A DNA stretch of 64,000 nucleotides, from positions 868,001 through 932,000 of the forward strand of contig JAHLTZ010000003.1 in NCBI GenBank assembly GCA_025786725.1, given 5' to 3'. This DNA comes from Syncephalis fuscata S228 (taxonomy: Eukaryota > Fungi > Zoopagomycota). Under the pieces are notes generated by a model that saw nothing but the letters and a program-made list of their open reading frames with translations, was not told the DNA's origin and ran no database searches. Below are positions 34,835 to 49,510 of this stretch, piece after piece (positions within the stretch are counted from its first letter, which is position 1; the number at the start of each line of letters is the position of its first letter). The translations under genes were made by a program, and so were the position numbers.

Positions 34835-36925
34835 TTATTGCCATATGCCTAATGCGCCATAAACAGCAGATGGCCAATTAATCCATTCACGATGAATTTC
34901 ATCTAGACCATGACCTTTAAGTAGTGCTCTTAATGCGCGTTGATACTCCCAGCGTAGACCGGGCCAGAAGGACGACTCGGCGGATACAGCACAGTTATGA
35001 TCGAGTGCAAATGGATCCTCGACACAAAAGGCAGCAGGTTGTCGATTACGTCTCATACCGGCTGATCCATAAGCATTGCCCCATCCCTTAGCGGTACGGG
35101 ACACAAGTCCACCCAGTCTAGGTGATACGCAATGATCCTTGTGATTAAATACAAAGCCGTAAAATCGGAAGAATTCAATTAATAACTGGCCGGTACTTTG
35201 TCGATTCGGTGAGGGTGGTGGCACGCCGTCGTAAAAGTAAGTATCATAACCTTCAACAATGACACTCGGCAGTGTTTTATTACAAATAAGACAAGCACGT
35301 GTTGGATATGCTTTAGTAGATACAGTACCATTAGCAAAAGCAAGTGCTCCTTTATCGGTGGCACTAGATGCGCCATTATTGTTTTGCATCGATAGTTTTG
35401 CCAAAGCATTTGCTAGGTCTATGCCATCGCCTTCATTATAATCATAATCATACTCATGACCATTTCCATAGATATCAATACGACGCTGACGACTATTAGT
35501 AGTAGTAGTAGTAGTAGTAGATCCATTACAGCAAATAGATTGAAGTATTGGAATGACTTTGGCGCGTTGTAGAAAGGCCAGTAGCATAAGTGAATGAGTG
35601 TAGCTATTAATAGTGGCACCACCTTGTTCTGATGCATCTCCTATTTTACGTACTTTTGCCCATCGTTTAACAGCAAAGAATAGAGGTCGTACTCGTGGAT
35701 CAGCATCGGCATAGGCTTCAATTAAACGAGTTTTACGACGAGCAATCTGATTTGTAATAGTTAAATCACATTCCAAATGACTAGATATAAAAGTTAGAGA
35801 GTGTACGGATTTAACAGTTTTAAATTACAGCTACACTTACGCATGCGGATCAACAAACTTTACTAAAGGAACACGAGCCTTGCCAATAGCTACAACCTTA
35901 CGATATCCAGCTATCATGAATAGTATGATTAAATATTATTGTTGTTGTTGTTGTTGTTATAAACTGCTTACCTCGTCTTAATATATTTCCCAAGTTCTCA
36001 ATATGTTGTTTAATTAGTCTCCGTTGCGATTGTTGTTCGTAATTTTCCATAATTGCATTAATGACATCACATTCGAGATTAAGATCTAGATCGCCATTTT
36101 TAGACGCTAATCCATTGTTCGAGGATCTAGTTTGTTTAAATAAATAGATGTTGGTACAGCAAAGCTATTACTTTACCCAAATAGAACCACTTTACAGTCA
36201 CTGTACACGTTGTACTGAGAAACATGTCGTTGAATCTGTGCTGCTACTTGTCGTCGCAGATTGACTTCTTCTCTATCTAATCTTGTTGACTATCAACCAT
36301 ATGTTATTAATCGATTTGGTACTGTCTAGTTGTTGTTACGGTTGGCTACCTTCCAGTGTTCATCGATGCTTTGAGTAAGCCGGCTGTTTATTGTGGCAGT
36401 CAATGGCTTTACTTTGGCCAGTTCTTGAGACTGAGCTCGAGTCAATGGTGGATAATCGATAATATCCGCAATATGGGCTAGAATGAACATAATGGTATTA
36501 AATTGTATAGGTTAGAATTTGCTAATAAATCTATATTAAACACTTACCAAGGCTATTTTGCTCTCGTTTCCAGTGCTCCTCTTCTTCGGGAGTAATAGGA
36601 TCAGTTGTCATCAGCTCTATGTTAGTTGGGACCGTTCCGCCAAAACTCGCACCATATTCTTCCCTTGAAAAGTAGAGTAAAAAGTGTACTCTGCCTAACG
36701 AGGTTCTAGTGAGAACAATCAAGTCGGGAGTGTCTAGAACCATTCCTTCTTCGTCTTCAAGATACATAAGAAGATCTAGAATTGGTGACTTGAAATCTTC
36801 ACATTCCAACAAATATTCTTTAACAGCATGAGCTGCCTTTAAATCTCTTTCGGCCCTTATTGCTCTGCTACGCCACTGTCTAGTGCAATAATAACTTCTT
36901 GCGGTTTGGGAAATCGTGGTGGCAT
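34835..36925 (-). CDS. Cid1-family non-canonical poly(A)/poly(U) RNA nucleotidyltransferase; multi-exon
   Basis: 'LFGSSNNGLASKNGDLDL' (GS..DxD), 'KARVPLVKFVDP', 'ECDLTITNQIA', 'VKRWAK', 'NSY', 'LLIEFFRFYG' and 'CVEDPFALDHNCA'. Confidence 0.88.
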
Positions 36926-38712
36926 TTTACAAAACAAAAGAAAAGTGCTAAAGGCCGTGACGCGTACAGCAGCAAGTTTAAATAGTACTGTGTAACGCCG
37001 TATGAATAAAGAACAGCGTGTTTAGATTAAACGGAAGTTAAACTAGGATGTGGACCATGTAATTATTTCTCATTCCTACCTACTAATTTAAGTGAGTGGT
37101 CAAAGCTCAAAAATATTTTGTAGATAGATTTTAAATGGCTTTCATTATCGGTTTATTAGTCATGTTAATATCAATTCAAAGCTATAATATAATTTATGTA
37201 AATGGTTAATTCAAAGTACAAGGTCAATGCACCGGTGTTACTATCGCTTCAGTGTTCAGCACCGTTTAAAGTGTATGCAGACATTAAGGATTAAATTATT
37301 GGTAAAAATAACACAAAGATATGATGGTACATTGTCGTTATCTCCATAAAACCGATACAGTCATTACATCATGTAATCAAATTATTTAATAACACAATAA
37401 AACTAGTACATAGATTTCTATATATACATTGGAACATCAAAGCTAGTATATAATTAGTGTAAATGCTGAACCCATTAAAGTAAAGCCACATTAATGGATT
37501 GCCATTATTTCTGTATAATTAATAAATTCGATTTGCGTCAAGTAGTCAAATCGTATAACAACACACTACAATCAATAGACGCGTTTCTGCCATATGTGTA
37601 CTAGATGATGATATTGTTGCATGATCTTGGTTGCATGCTGCCACATCATCGATATATCGGTATATACATTTTTTAAGTCATCACGTGTATGTACTTAGTA
37701 AATACATGGCATGTCAATGACATACTTTATACAATACAGCATAACTATATATTTAAATAGATCGTACAATATACGTAATTAATTAGCTGTATCATCAACA
37801 CGCTTTATTTTCTGCCAAATACTCATCATTCACCACTTTATTCTAACACGCTCAATTGTCTATCCCACTTGTTTATTTTAACAATTCAATATCGCCATAA
37901 AGCTTTCTATTGCCGTTGTTTGCATCAGCATCGTAATATTGTGGCCAATACAGCCATGGTAAATTCTATGCCAGCTCAAACTTGTATTTATACGTTGTAA
38001 TTTAAATATGCAAATTGGTATTTTTTTACTAAAAGTATGATTCATTAAAAACGGTATTGACCGAAAAATTGAAATTTTGCATCATTGTTCCAATACTCAC
38101 TGCACGCCGCTATACACATGATAAACAGCATAAATATTATTTGTTTAATTGTCTAAATCAAATAAATCAGGTCAAGGTAGATTTAACATAAACAGCAAAT
38201 TATTTAACATTACATACAAATAAACCAAAAATACGCTTATTATGTTCATGAAGTTGTTAATGATCGAATGATAACGGTAATTTACAAAAAAAGGTAATAT
38301 TAAAGCAATGCAATGCAAGGAAGTAATGTAAAAACTGTTTATACTTAAACTAGTAGCCATTTAACTACTAACACACCTAGGTAGCATATATAGTGTGTAA
38401 AATTATGTGCAATGGATATATGCCATCAAGTGTAATGATGTAGATTGTGAGCTGTGTACTCTGCCGATCAGTATTTATAAAAACGCAAGCTAAACAATAA
38501 GTATATTAAAGAGCAATGTCACTTGACACAAAAACTACTTATTAACGTGGAATGTATTTTCAGTACTAACGAGTATAACAAAAAATTAATTAAAATATAC
38601 TAAAGGCTATTTTATCACCAAAAATAAATCATTATCATAGAATATGTTCAACAATAAAGTTTATTACTTTTGCATTCAAAATGCAAGTTCCTAAAATATT
38701 AATATATTATTA

Positions 38713-39745
38713 TTATTGCCAATTGCGCTGTATCATTTGATGCACGCTTTGGGCAAACATTTTGTGTATCACCGTTGTTGGGTGATGTCCGTCATGATAG
38801 AAATAAAGTTTTTCGTCGGCGCACGCCACACGCTTGGCCATATCGATGCAGCCATCGACCGTGTTGGTAATGCCGTACTGGGCAGCATTAGCACGAATAT
38901 TCGTCTCGAATTGTCGGTAATCGACGACCATTGTATGGACAGTTGGATTCTTCACCAAGAATGCTTCAAGGGCAGTCTTCATCTGCTGGTCATGGTAGAC
39001 CAATAGCCGCTCAATAGGCTTGTAACAAACGCGGGGAATTCATGGCCGACGGGTGTAGCGGCAAACGATGGGATATTTGGCAGCAAGAAGTGGTTTGCAC
39101 CCGCTTGGTCATGCAGCAATTGCATATCTGTAATTGTGTTTTCTACAATTTTATCGACTGTCGCCGCACTAAGCGGCTTACGCTGTTCAATAGCCGAGGA
39201 GATATCGATACCGCCCGCCCAAATAACATAAAGAGTGCGATCAGGATTGGTTGCTTTGGCCGCCTTGACCTTAGGAAGATAGTACTAGATACAAGCGACA
39301 AGATTAAATAAATATGTTAATACTACGTAGATCCACTGCCCATCACAAAATTGTAATTTGCTGCTATTCCATGTACAACTTACCTGAGCAATCTGCTGTT
39401 TGACACCAGGTGCAGCAAATACACCATTCCATCGGCCACTTGTGCCCTGGATAAAATCACTATCGAAGTACCGCCAGCAAAGGATAAGTTATCAAGCTCG
39501 GTATTTGAAAGTTGCTGCAACCATTCAATCCAAATGGGACCGTTGGTGAATCGGCCGCGGTAGTAAATGCTTTGGTCTGGCCAGCGCTGCTTCGATAAAG
39601 CAAAGAGATTACCAGTATCCGTCATGCTGTCGCCAAATGCAACAATACGATCAAACGGAATGTTTGAGGCTGCATCGGCTGTTCCAAGGGATACATTTAA
39701 TCCGCAGACCAGCAATAAAGCTGCTAATGGATAGGAGAAAATCAT
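38713..39745 (-). CDS. Secreted GDSL/SGNH lipase-esterase 1 (2 exons, apparent indels)
   Basis: Signal peptide, FGDSMTDTGN, GRFTNGPIW and C-terminal YHDGHHPTT. Confidence 0.85.
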
Positions 39746-39963
39746 GGTGCAAATACGCGTGAAATTAATTTCAAACCCGACGTTTACTTCTTATGCAAAT
39801 GCTATTTGTAGGTGTATTTGTATATTTTTATTGTGTATAATAACCGTCATGGCAACCGGGGTAATCGTCATTGTAAATAAACAGTAATAACCTATGGTAA
39901 CGGACACCTTATTAGAAACTAGAAACAATAATAAATGTTTATTTATATTTTCAAAAAGGAAGA

Positions 39964-40982
39964 CTAAAGCAATGGATGTTGTTGCAACCATGCCTGGACA
40001 CTGCGAGCAAATGCATAATGAACCGGTCCCGAGAAATGGCTATCATCGTAGTAATAGTGTTGGTTCGGATTATCACACCGAGTGTTGTTAGCGATACTAA
40101 TACACGCTTGGGTAACATCGGCCAAGTTTAGCTGACTAGGATTTTGGCGAACCGACGTTTCAAACTGTCGATAATCAAGTATGGCAGCGTGTATTTGCGT
40201 ATTTCTTATCAAATACTGATCCAGTGTATTTCTCAACAACGTATCATGCATCGATAGTAGATCATTCAGCAGTGTGGCTGTAGTGCTAGGCACCTGTTGA
40301 GCCATAGGTGAATCGGCGAACGATGGTCCAGTAATCAGTAGAAAACGACGGGCACCCCGTTGCTCCACAAGTATTTTTAGGCTATCCATAACATTGGTAA
40401 TAACTTGTTCGACCAATGGCTGATTCAATGTCATATTTGCTTGCATTGCCTTAATGTAATCTTCCCGACCGGCCCATATTACAAATAATGTATGCTGGTA
40501 CTCACGATCGACTTCATCTTTGTCTTCTGGTTGTTGAAAATAATGCTATAAATATACACAACATCAATTATTAATTTATCTATTTATTAAACAAATATGC
40601 TACTACTACTAATTACCTCGGTTATTTGCTGTTTCACACCAGGCACAAGATACAATTGACTAGAATCTAAACCACTTGTACCTTGTAAAAATTTACTATC
40701 TGTAGTTGCACCACCATAGGCCCAATTGGTAAGTGTAGAATTGTTGTATAACCGTTGAAGCCATTCAATCCATGTCATACTATTGGTAAAACGGCCTTTA
40801 AAATAAAAGTCTGGACTAGGCCATGTATCATTCGACATGGCAAATACATTGCCATTATCACTTAATCCATCACCAAACACTACAAAATGTTCAATTGGCA
40901 CTTCTTTGGCCGTTGGTAGGGCTTTTAAGCCGGTGGCCAATGCCGCAAGACATATGATTTGCAAGTAATATGAATACAACAT
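39964..40982 (-). CDS. Secreted GDSL/SGNH-fold protein 2 lacking the catalytic Ser
   Basis: Signal peptide, FGDGLSDNGN, GRFTNSMTW, NWAYGGATT, WAGRED and YYDDSHFS; 2 exons. Confidence 0.85.
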
Positions 40983-41243
40983 GGTAAATTGTGTATGAGT
41001 GTAGATATGTGGCAGTAGCAAACTACGAGATATGATTATTAACAACACCAGAAATAGCACAAAGAAAAAACAATGGTTGTGAACGTAACTAGTGATCTGG
41101 CTAAACATATATAAAACTATTTTTTGAAACATTAAGTAACATCATGACGATATATGTGGGAGCTAGTTCATTTACTTCCGACAAAGAAAAGAAAAGCCCA
41201 CAGGACTCAAATCTTTTAATAACTATAATCTGGCTCGGAGTTT

Positions 41244-42244
41244 CTATTGCGTATTTAGCCAGTCGACAATGCTGCGCGCCAATAAGCGATGAACGGCTGT
41301 GGAAGGATGGGTGCCATCGTAGTAGTAGTAGTTGTCCTCGGTGTTGCACTTGTTCCAAGTAAAGACGTTAAGGCAGCCAGAATCAGAGTTAGATATATTG
41401 AAGACCGATGGATGGTTCTGGATATTGGCTTCAAACTGGCGGTAGTCAAGTAATGAGGCGTGCACGTTTGGATTCTTCTCCTCGAATTGGACCAGCGCCT
41501 CGCGCAAAACAGAATCGTGGTGCGGCAAGCGCTGCTCAAGCGAGCGCGAAAAGAATGATGGCAGCATCTTGGCTACAGGCGAGGCCGAATACGATGGCAC
41601 GTTAAGCAACAAGAAGCGCGAGGCACCAACGCGATCGTGCATGATTTGCATAGTATCGATTAGATTTCGGACGACACGGTGAACGAAATCCTCATCGACC
41701 GAGAAGCGCAACTCAGTAGCACGCATATAATCGACACCACCAAACCAAATGGCATGGAGGGTATTCTTCTGTGGCGCTACTTGCGTCTTACTATAATTTG
41801 GAATATAATACTAAATCATAAACACAGTCGTTTAAATACAACAGTTATTAAATATGTAAATATACATGTATGGCTAGTAATAGTAATAGCTTACATCTTC
41901 AACCTGTTGTTTAAATCCAGGCGCTTTGACCGAGTTTGGCCAAGCACCCGTCACACCTTGAATGAAAGTACTATCGCTTGAAGCGCCAGAAAATGCCCAA
42001 TTGGTCAATGTTGAATTGGTATATTGCTGGAGCCATTCGACCCAAACGGGACCGTTACTGAACCGACCTGGATAATAATAGCGACTATCCGGGAACATTC
42101 GACCAGATAATGCATAGAGGTTGCCGGTATCGGTCAAACTATCGCCATAAGCAACAATTTGCTTGACGGGTGGCATTTGAGCCTGAACAAGTGTCGTCGA
42201 GCTTACCGCCAACTAAGAATAAGTGCTGATACCAATTTGTACAT
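41244..42244 (-). CDS. Secreted GDSL/SGNH lipase-esterase 3 (2 exons, apparent indel in signal peptide)
   Basis: YGDSLTDTGN, GRFSNGPVW, NWAFSGAS and YYDGTHPST. Confidence 0.87.
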
Positions 42245-42710
42245 GGTGCCTATCTAATATCACCGATTCTACTGTAATATAGTGTGTATAAAAAGTACTG
42301 TGTAATGTTAAAGAACAGACAACGACAATATGCAATTAAACCACCGAGTATGGATTTTAATTGCTTTTTGTAGAGATATTTATGCAACTATGATGCTGTC
42401 AATAGCAACGGATCAACAGCAAGGTAACTAAAGATGGTATTGTTATTTTTTATTGTTTTTATTATTACTGCAGTACACCTTGTTAAAGAGATCAGCAGTG
42501 GAGTTAAGGAGTTACGTAATCGCCATGGAAACCATATTATTATGTGCCAAATGGTACTTTATTCTTTAATAGACTCATAGACACATAAAATAAAATACAA
42601 GCGTTAAATCAACTACTGTTACTCGACTAATCGACTGATGGTTCGAGTGCCTCGTTGCTTTCACGTCCATTGTCTTGTTCTGTGGTATCCACCGCTTTGA
42701 GCCCATATCT

Positions 42711-43800
<1,090 letters not shown>

Positions 43801-44193
43801 AGCCGCCCCATCTTTATCATCAGCCGTGATTCCCCTCTTATCGCCGCTGCTCTTATCGTCCATCAAAAGAAACGTATTGAAACCAAAAAAGATACAAGCG
43901 ATGAGGATACAAGCAAATAGAATATGCCATCACAATATAATCTATACCACCACAATTCATTAAATCCCCTTTAATACACTTTTAGACTTATTACAGTCTA
44001 TACAACAGATATTAGTTAATAATAAAAAAATAAAAATTAATTGCCCGCTTTCTGTGACTTTTACTGCGATCCCTCATATACATTGCTTTACTGGCTCTAT
44101 TGCAATTTGCTCTTTGCCGTTACAGCTACAAATATCGTGTCTATTCAGAGAATATTTATTTTCAAGCTGTTTTCACTTTTATTCAAACGAGCA

Positions 44194-46258
44194 ATGGCAT
44201 CGAGCGCAACCAGCACTAGTGCTAGTGCTAGCATTCAAGCCACTACAGCTGTTGCTGCCGAAACCGCGGCTGTTGCTCCTCGGCAGAAACTAACTGGCTA
44301 TGAATTTTGGCGCAAGACACTAGGCGGTGCACGCTACATTGCTGCACCTATGGTTGATCAGTCTGAATTAGCCTTCCGTCATCTTAATCGGCGCTATGGT
44401 GCCGAGTTGTGCTATACACCAATGTTCCATGCACGACTATTTGGCGAAAAGAAAGGCTACCGTGACGAGCAATGGCAGACCAACGAGGCAGATCGTCCCT
44501 TAATTGTTCAGGTAATTTATTAAATGTTTTAATATCAAATAACTTATGATAATCTAGTTTTGTGGTAACAAACCAGATGAGTTATTGAGTGCTGCATTGT
44601 TAGTGCAGGATCAATGTGATGCTGTTGATCTAAACTTGGGATGTCCACAGCATATTGCTCGTAGAGGTCGATATGGATCATATTTACAGGATGAATGGAA
44701 ATTACTTGAATCTATTGGTAGGTTTGAGCAATAATAATATATGGAGCAATACGATTTATTAATGTGTTATTTAATTTTATAAATTGTATAGTCAAATTAT
44801 TGCATGAAAAATTATCAGTGCCAATTACATGCAAAATTCGTGTTTTCCCAGATCCAGAACGTACTGTTGCCTATGCTAAAATGCTGGAAAAGGCTGGATG
44901 TCAGGTATGATGAAATTACAATACACTGGGAAAGTACTTAGCATATATTTAGCTACTGACAGTTCATGGACGAACACGCGATATGAAAGGTCACAAAACA
45001 GGACTGGCCGATTGGGCGCAAATTCGACGTGTAAAGTGTGTTTAAAAATGTTTAGCATTACTGCAACTAATTATGTGAATTAGAGAAGCTGTTAATATCC
45101 CTGTGTTTGCCAATGGCAATATTTTACGATATGAAGATGTTGATGCTTGTTTAAAAGCCACTGGTGCCGATGGTGTCATGTCAGCTGGTAAGGATTATCT
45201 ACATGTGCACTTTAGCACATTCATCTAACATTGGTATGTATGTATGTATGTATATATATAGAAGGATTGCTGTATAATCCAGCGCTGTTTTCTGGTAAAC
45301 AACATCGTGTTTGGGAGATGACACAGGAATACCTGGACGTTTGTCGTGAAATACCCACTAAACTGAGTTTTATCCGTGCTCATTTATTTAAAATACTTCG
45401 ACCATGGTAGGTGCATTATGTGACGCAATGTTATTAGCTCATTGTGAATTTATTTAACTATAATAGTTTGAACGATCATGTGGATTTACGTGAAAAATTG
45501 GCAAACTCCAGATCAGTGGATGACTTGATGGACATGAACAACGAACTAAAGGAAAGATTACTAAAGGTATGTTATATTACATTGACAAAGATTTACTGTT
45601 TAATACTATTATTATACTATTGATAGGAGGAAAGTGAAAAGGCAAAAGAATTTGAGAATAACAAAGTCAATGCTGATACTGGCTTACCAAATTATCCACC
45701 ATGGCTTTGTCAACCTTATGTGCGACCACCATTAGTGGTGAACAAGAGGAAGCTAGAACAAGCAGCAAAAGAATTGAAAGAGGCTACAGGTCAAGCATCA
45801 GAATCTGCCGATTTATCCATCAAAGTTGTTATAGCAAATAACGAAGAGGTGTGTGCTACAGCTGCCCCAGCGGCAGAAGAAGCTACGCCAGTGCTAGACA
45901 ATTTATCAAAGCGCCCACATACACCAACAGAGGAGAGTAGCTCAATAAAGTTGACGAAAAAAGGTAATACTTACTTTTAAAAAATGCACAAAATACACTT
46001 TAACATTTGGTCAATAGCTCGTGCTATAAAAGAAGGCCGCGATACTCCTAATTTATGCCAGTTTTGCAAAAATATTGCTTCATTAAAATGCACTATGCAA
46101 GCTTGTCGCAGTTGTTGCGTACTAAAGATACTTCCGCGGACTGTCAACAACACCGACGAACAAACAACCAACGAGTTGCTGCACCGGTTGCAATAGTTGA
46201 TGAAGAGTCCCCGGCAGAAGCAAAGGAAGTAAACTCCACAAGATGTTTAATATCGTAG
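44194..46258 (+). CDS. DUS1: tRNA-dihydrouridine(16/17) synthase Dus1; multi-exon
   Basis: [72 protein letters not shown], and a C-terminal Cys cluster. Confidence 0.93.
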
Positions 46259-46348
46259 ATGACAGTTTAATAAAGCTTTGTTAATCTAGCATTATGTTGA
46301 ATAATATTTTATTACAATCTATAGTGTAGAAAACAACAAAATAGATGT

Positions 46349-47598
46349 TTAAGGCGAAGAATAGGTTGGATCATTTCTAAATAATTTGTAGGTAGCTTCG
46401 GCAAATAGTATATGAGCCCGCCAGCCTGGATGTACATCATCCCAAAAGAAATGCTGATGTGGATCACGGCACACTCGGCCACCAAGAAATCCCCATACGC
46501 GCGGCTTCATACACGCCGTAGATACATCGGAAAACCCGTACTTTTTAGGTGCTGCTCTTATGCGTGTCATAAAAGCATGGGTGTCAAACAGCTGAAATTG
46601 CGCGTCAGGCCAACGCTCCGATGCCTGTTCAATGTTATTAATAAGGTGCTGATTATGGGCCATGACTAGCTGGCGAAGTTCTTTAGCCGTGTCCTTCATA
46701 TCAGCACTTAGAAACCGAGGCATAGAATCCATAGGTGGTAGATTCATCATTAGAAAATGACGAGCACCGGCTTGCGTGTAAAGCGAATCCACTGCATCGA
46801 ATAGTGTATCGACAACGGCTCGTGGATGTTCGGCTAGTCGTTCAAGTACATCGTCACGTTTAATCAATTCAAAATAGTCGTTCCCTCCGGCCCATATTAC
46901 GTATAAAGTGTTGTTGCGATTTTTGTCAATATTTGTATTAGTATTAGTGTCGGAGTTTAGTATGTTATTAAGATACAACTATAGAACAATATATATCTGT
47001 AATTATGCAGTAAAAAGCAGTATTTCATTGTTTAAACACACCTGATTCACTTGGTCTGTAACACTTGGAATAATGTCTTTAGCCAGTGGTATGTTTGTTG
47101 GTAGGAGATTTTCGCTGGAGACGGCACCGCCAAATGCATAGTTTTCTATCTGCAAATCATCAACAAGTTCAGCTAGTCGATCGACCCAAATCGGGCCGTT
47201 ACTAAATCGACCGGAAAAGTAGCAGTAATTAGGCGGGTAAAGACTTAGACTGCGACGGAAAAAGTTGCCACTATCACTCATACTATCACCAAACACAACG
47301 ATTCGTTTGGGAACGAGCCATTGGCGTCGCTCGTTCCTTTTTTTGCTCGAGAAATAGGCGTGGTATTAAAGTAGGTGGTGGGCGACAGGATCGGCCATAC
47401 AATAGTGCCATCGTTAGCTCCGTCAATCATAAGTCGCGAAATGATTTCCCGTTCATTGGTAAGCTGAGGTCGGGCAGCCATTTGGTAGGCCGTAGCAGCG
47501 GTCCATACTAGCAATAGCGCCGCCCAGACTACTGCCATAGCTTGGCGGGCTATCCTATGGATGCGCCATTTAGAATTTGCTTTGAAAGCAATCAGCAT
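46349..47598 (-). CDS. GDSL/SGNH lipase-esterase 4 with N-terminal hydrophobic anchor or signal (2 exons, apparent indel)
   Basis: RIVVFGDSMSDSGN, GRFSNGPIW, NYAFGGA, WAGGNDY and FFWDDVHP. Confidence 0.87.
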
Positions 47599-48220
47599 CG
47601 CTTTTACTACAGAGCAATTAAACTTAAACTGTACTAGTGTGCGATAGCTTTATGCCAAATACGACAAAAATGGCAGCGTTTTAGGATGAACATCAAATGC
47701 AATAGCTGTATAGAAACTTAGTTTTGCATTCTTTAATTTCATGGCGTCATTTTCTTGGTTACCTAAATTAATTGCTAATCTAAATAGACAAGTGTTTACT
47801 TGCCGACCAGATTCGTTGTGGAGCTAATGCTTTGACAAAGCAACAATAGTTTTTATTTTAGGTTGGCAAGTAGCCATGACGTTAATTACATTAGTCCAAA
47901 GTGCATTCTTTTTATTTGCTTGTATTTTTGCTCCATTTAAATCTTGACTTTTGCCATAAAAACATCGTGTGCTATTTAATTGTACCTATAAAAGCAATTA
48001 CAATTGCTCGTAATTTCTAATACTTATACAAATTAAGTATAATCAAATTAACACAGCTTTAACCAATCATCAATAACTAAATCCAATTTATTCAATTAAT
48101 TAATGTAAACCTAAAAATAGTTCACTTTAATTGGTTCCATGCTGCATGCTTAGACTCCACATGCATGTATAGCTACAGTAAAGATACAATGCCGCCACAT
48201 AATAACTCATTTTCCCCACC

Positions 48221-49141
48221 ATGCGTATACTCCCACTTTTACTATCGCTTAGCGCAGTTGCGTATAAAGCACCATCAGCTTTTGCAAAAAAGCTTAATAT
48301 GCGGGCATTTAATCGTATAGTTGTATTTGGTGACAGTATATCCGATACTGACAATTCACTTCGAATCACTGATGGCAGGTTCCCACCCGCTAGCATGTAC
48401 GAAAACGGCCGTTACACCAATGGCAAAGTATGGGTTGAGTACTTGCAAGAGCAATATAACATTATTTTAGAAAACTATGCTGTTGGTGGCTCAACAAGCA
48501 ATAATACAGTAGTTCCAGGTATACTGCCAGTAATAGGCATGCTTATGCCAAGTGCATATGAGCAAGTCAAAAACTATTATATTCCTTCATTAAGCAAACG
48601 GCAAAATATAGTTACCGATGCCCTGCACATTGTTGAAACAGCCAACAACGACTATATCTACTCGGCTGGGCGTAATATGGCCTCCAATACGACATTAATT
48701 AATGGATCTGTCGATAGCATTATGAATACTATTGATTTGCTACGCTCCGCTGCCGGCGCACGTTCTTTCTTGGTACTTGGCGTAGGTGGACTCGAAAATA
48801 TACCATATTTCCGGTCCCGCTCCCCTGCAGTCCAAGAATCCGCCAATCAGGCTACAACTAAACACAACAGCCTACTTTACAATAGACTTTTAAAGTATCA
48901 AAAAATATATCCTAATATTGATATTTATTACTTCAATCTTAAAACATTTATGAACGAAGTAATTACAAACGGCAAAAACTACGGCCTAAAGAATACCCAA
49001 AATGAATGCCTTATACTTTTCGGTATTCTTCGGTGCTTTAATCCAGAAGAGTACTTTTTTTGGGATATTGCTCATCCAACAACCACGATTCATAAATTGC
49101 TATTAGGCAAGCTGTTAGCGTCGACTCAAACTGTTTTATAG
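48221..49141 (+). CDS. Secreted GDSL/SGNH lipase-esterase 5; intronless
   Basis: Signal peptide, FGDSISDT, GRYTNGKVW, NYAVGGST, TANNDY and FFWDIAHPTT. Confidence 0.92.
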   Translation: MRILPLLLSLSAVAYKAPSAFAKKLNMRAFNRIVVFGDSISDTDNSLRITDGRFPPASMYENGRYTNGKVWVEYLQEQYNIILENYAVGGSTSNNTVVPGILPVIGMLMPSAYEQVKNYYIPSLSKRQNIVTDALHIVETANNDYIYSAGRNMASNTTLINGSVDSIMNTIDLLRSAAGARSFLVLGVGGLENIPYFRSRSPAVQESANQATTKHNSLLYNRLLKYQKIYPNIDIYYFNLKTFMNEVITNGKNYGLKNTQNECLILFGILRCFNPEEYFFWDIAHPTTTIHKLLLGKLLASTQTVL

Positions 49142-49510
49142 ACAACAAAAACGAGTTTTGTCATATAAACATAATACTTTATGGTATATATAAATTAATT
49201 GTAATCATTAATAAATTGCATTTATTTTATACCATCAGCATTGTATTTTGATCATTATCACATAACTAAAAAAACTGATTTATTGGTACTGCTTTAAAAA
49301 AATAACAGCTATAGCCTTTGTGGAGACTTTAATGACACTGTCATGTAAAAATGTGGAAAATAAACTTGTCTGAAGCGCTGGAATATAAATCCAAAAAGGG
49401 AATCATTGAATGACAATCCATAAAGTGGAATTACCAAACGTGAACTGATAAATAAAGTCATTAAGCTGTAGTTTCGTAATATCTATCGTTAATTGTGCGC
49501 CAATTTGTAC

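Noticed and set aside
32820-35960. (ATG)n, (TTG)n, (TAG)n and (TA)n runs as a structured array or CRISPR
   Set aside because: Ordinary microsatellites with no repeat-spacer organisation.
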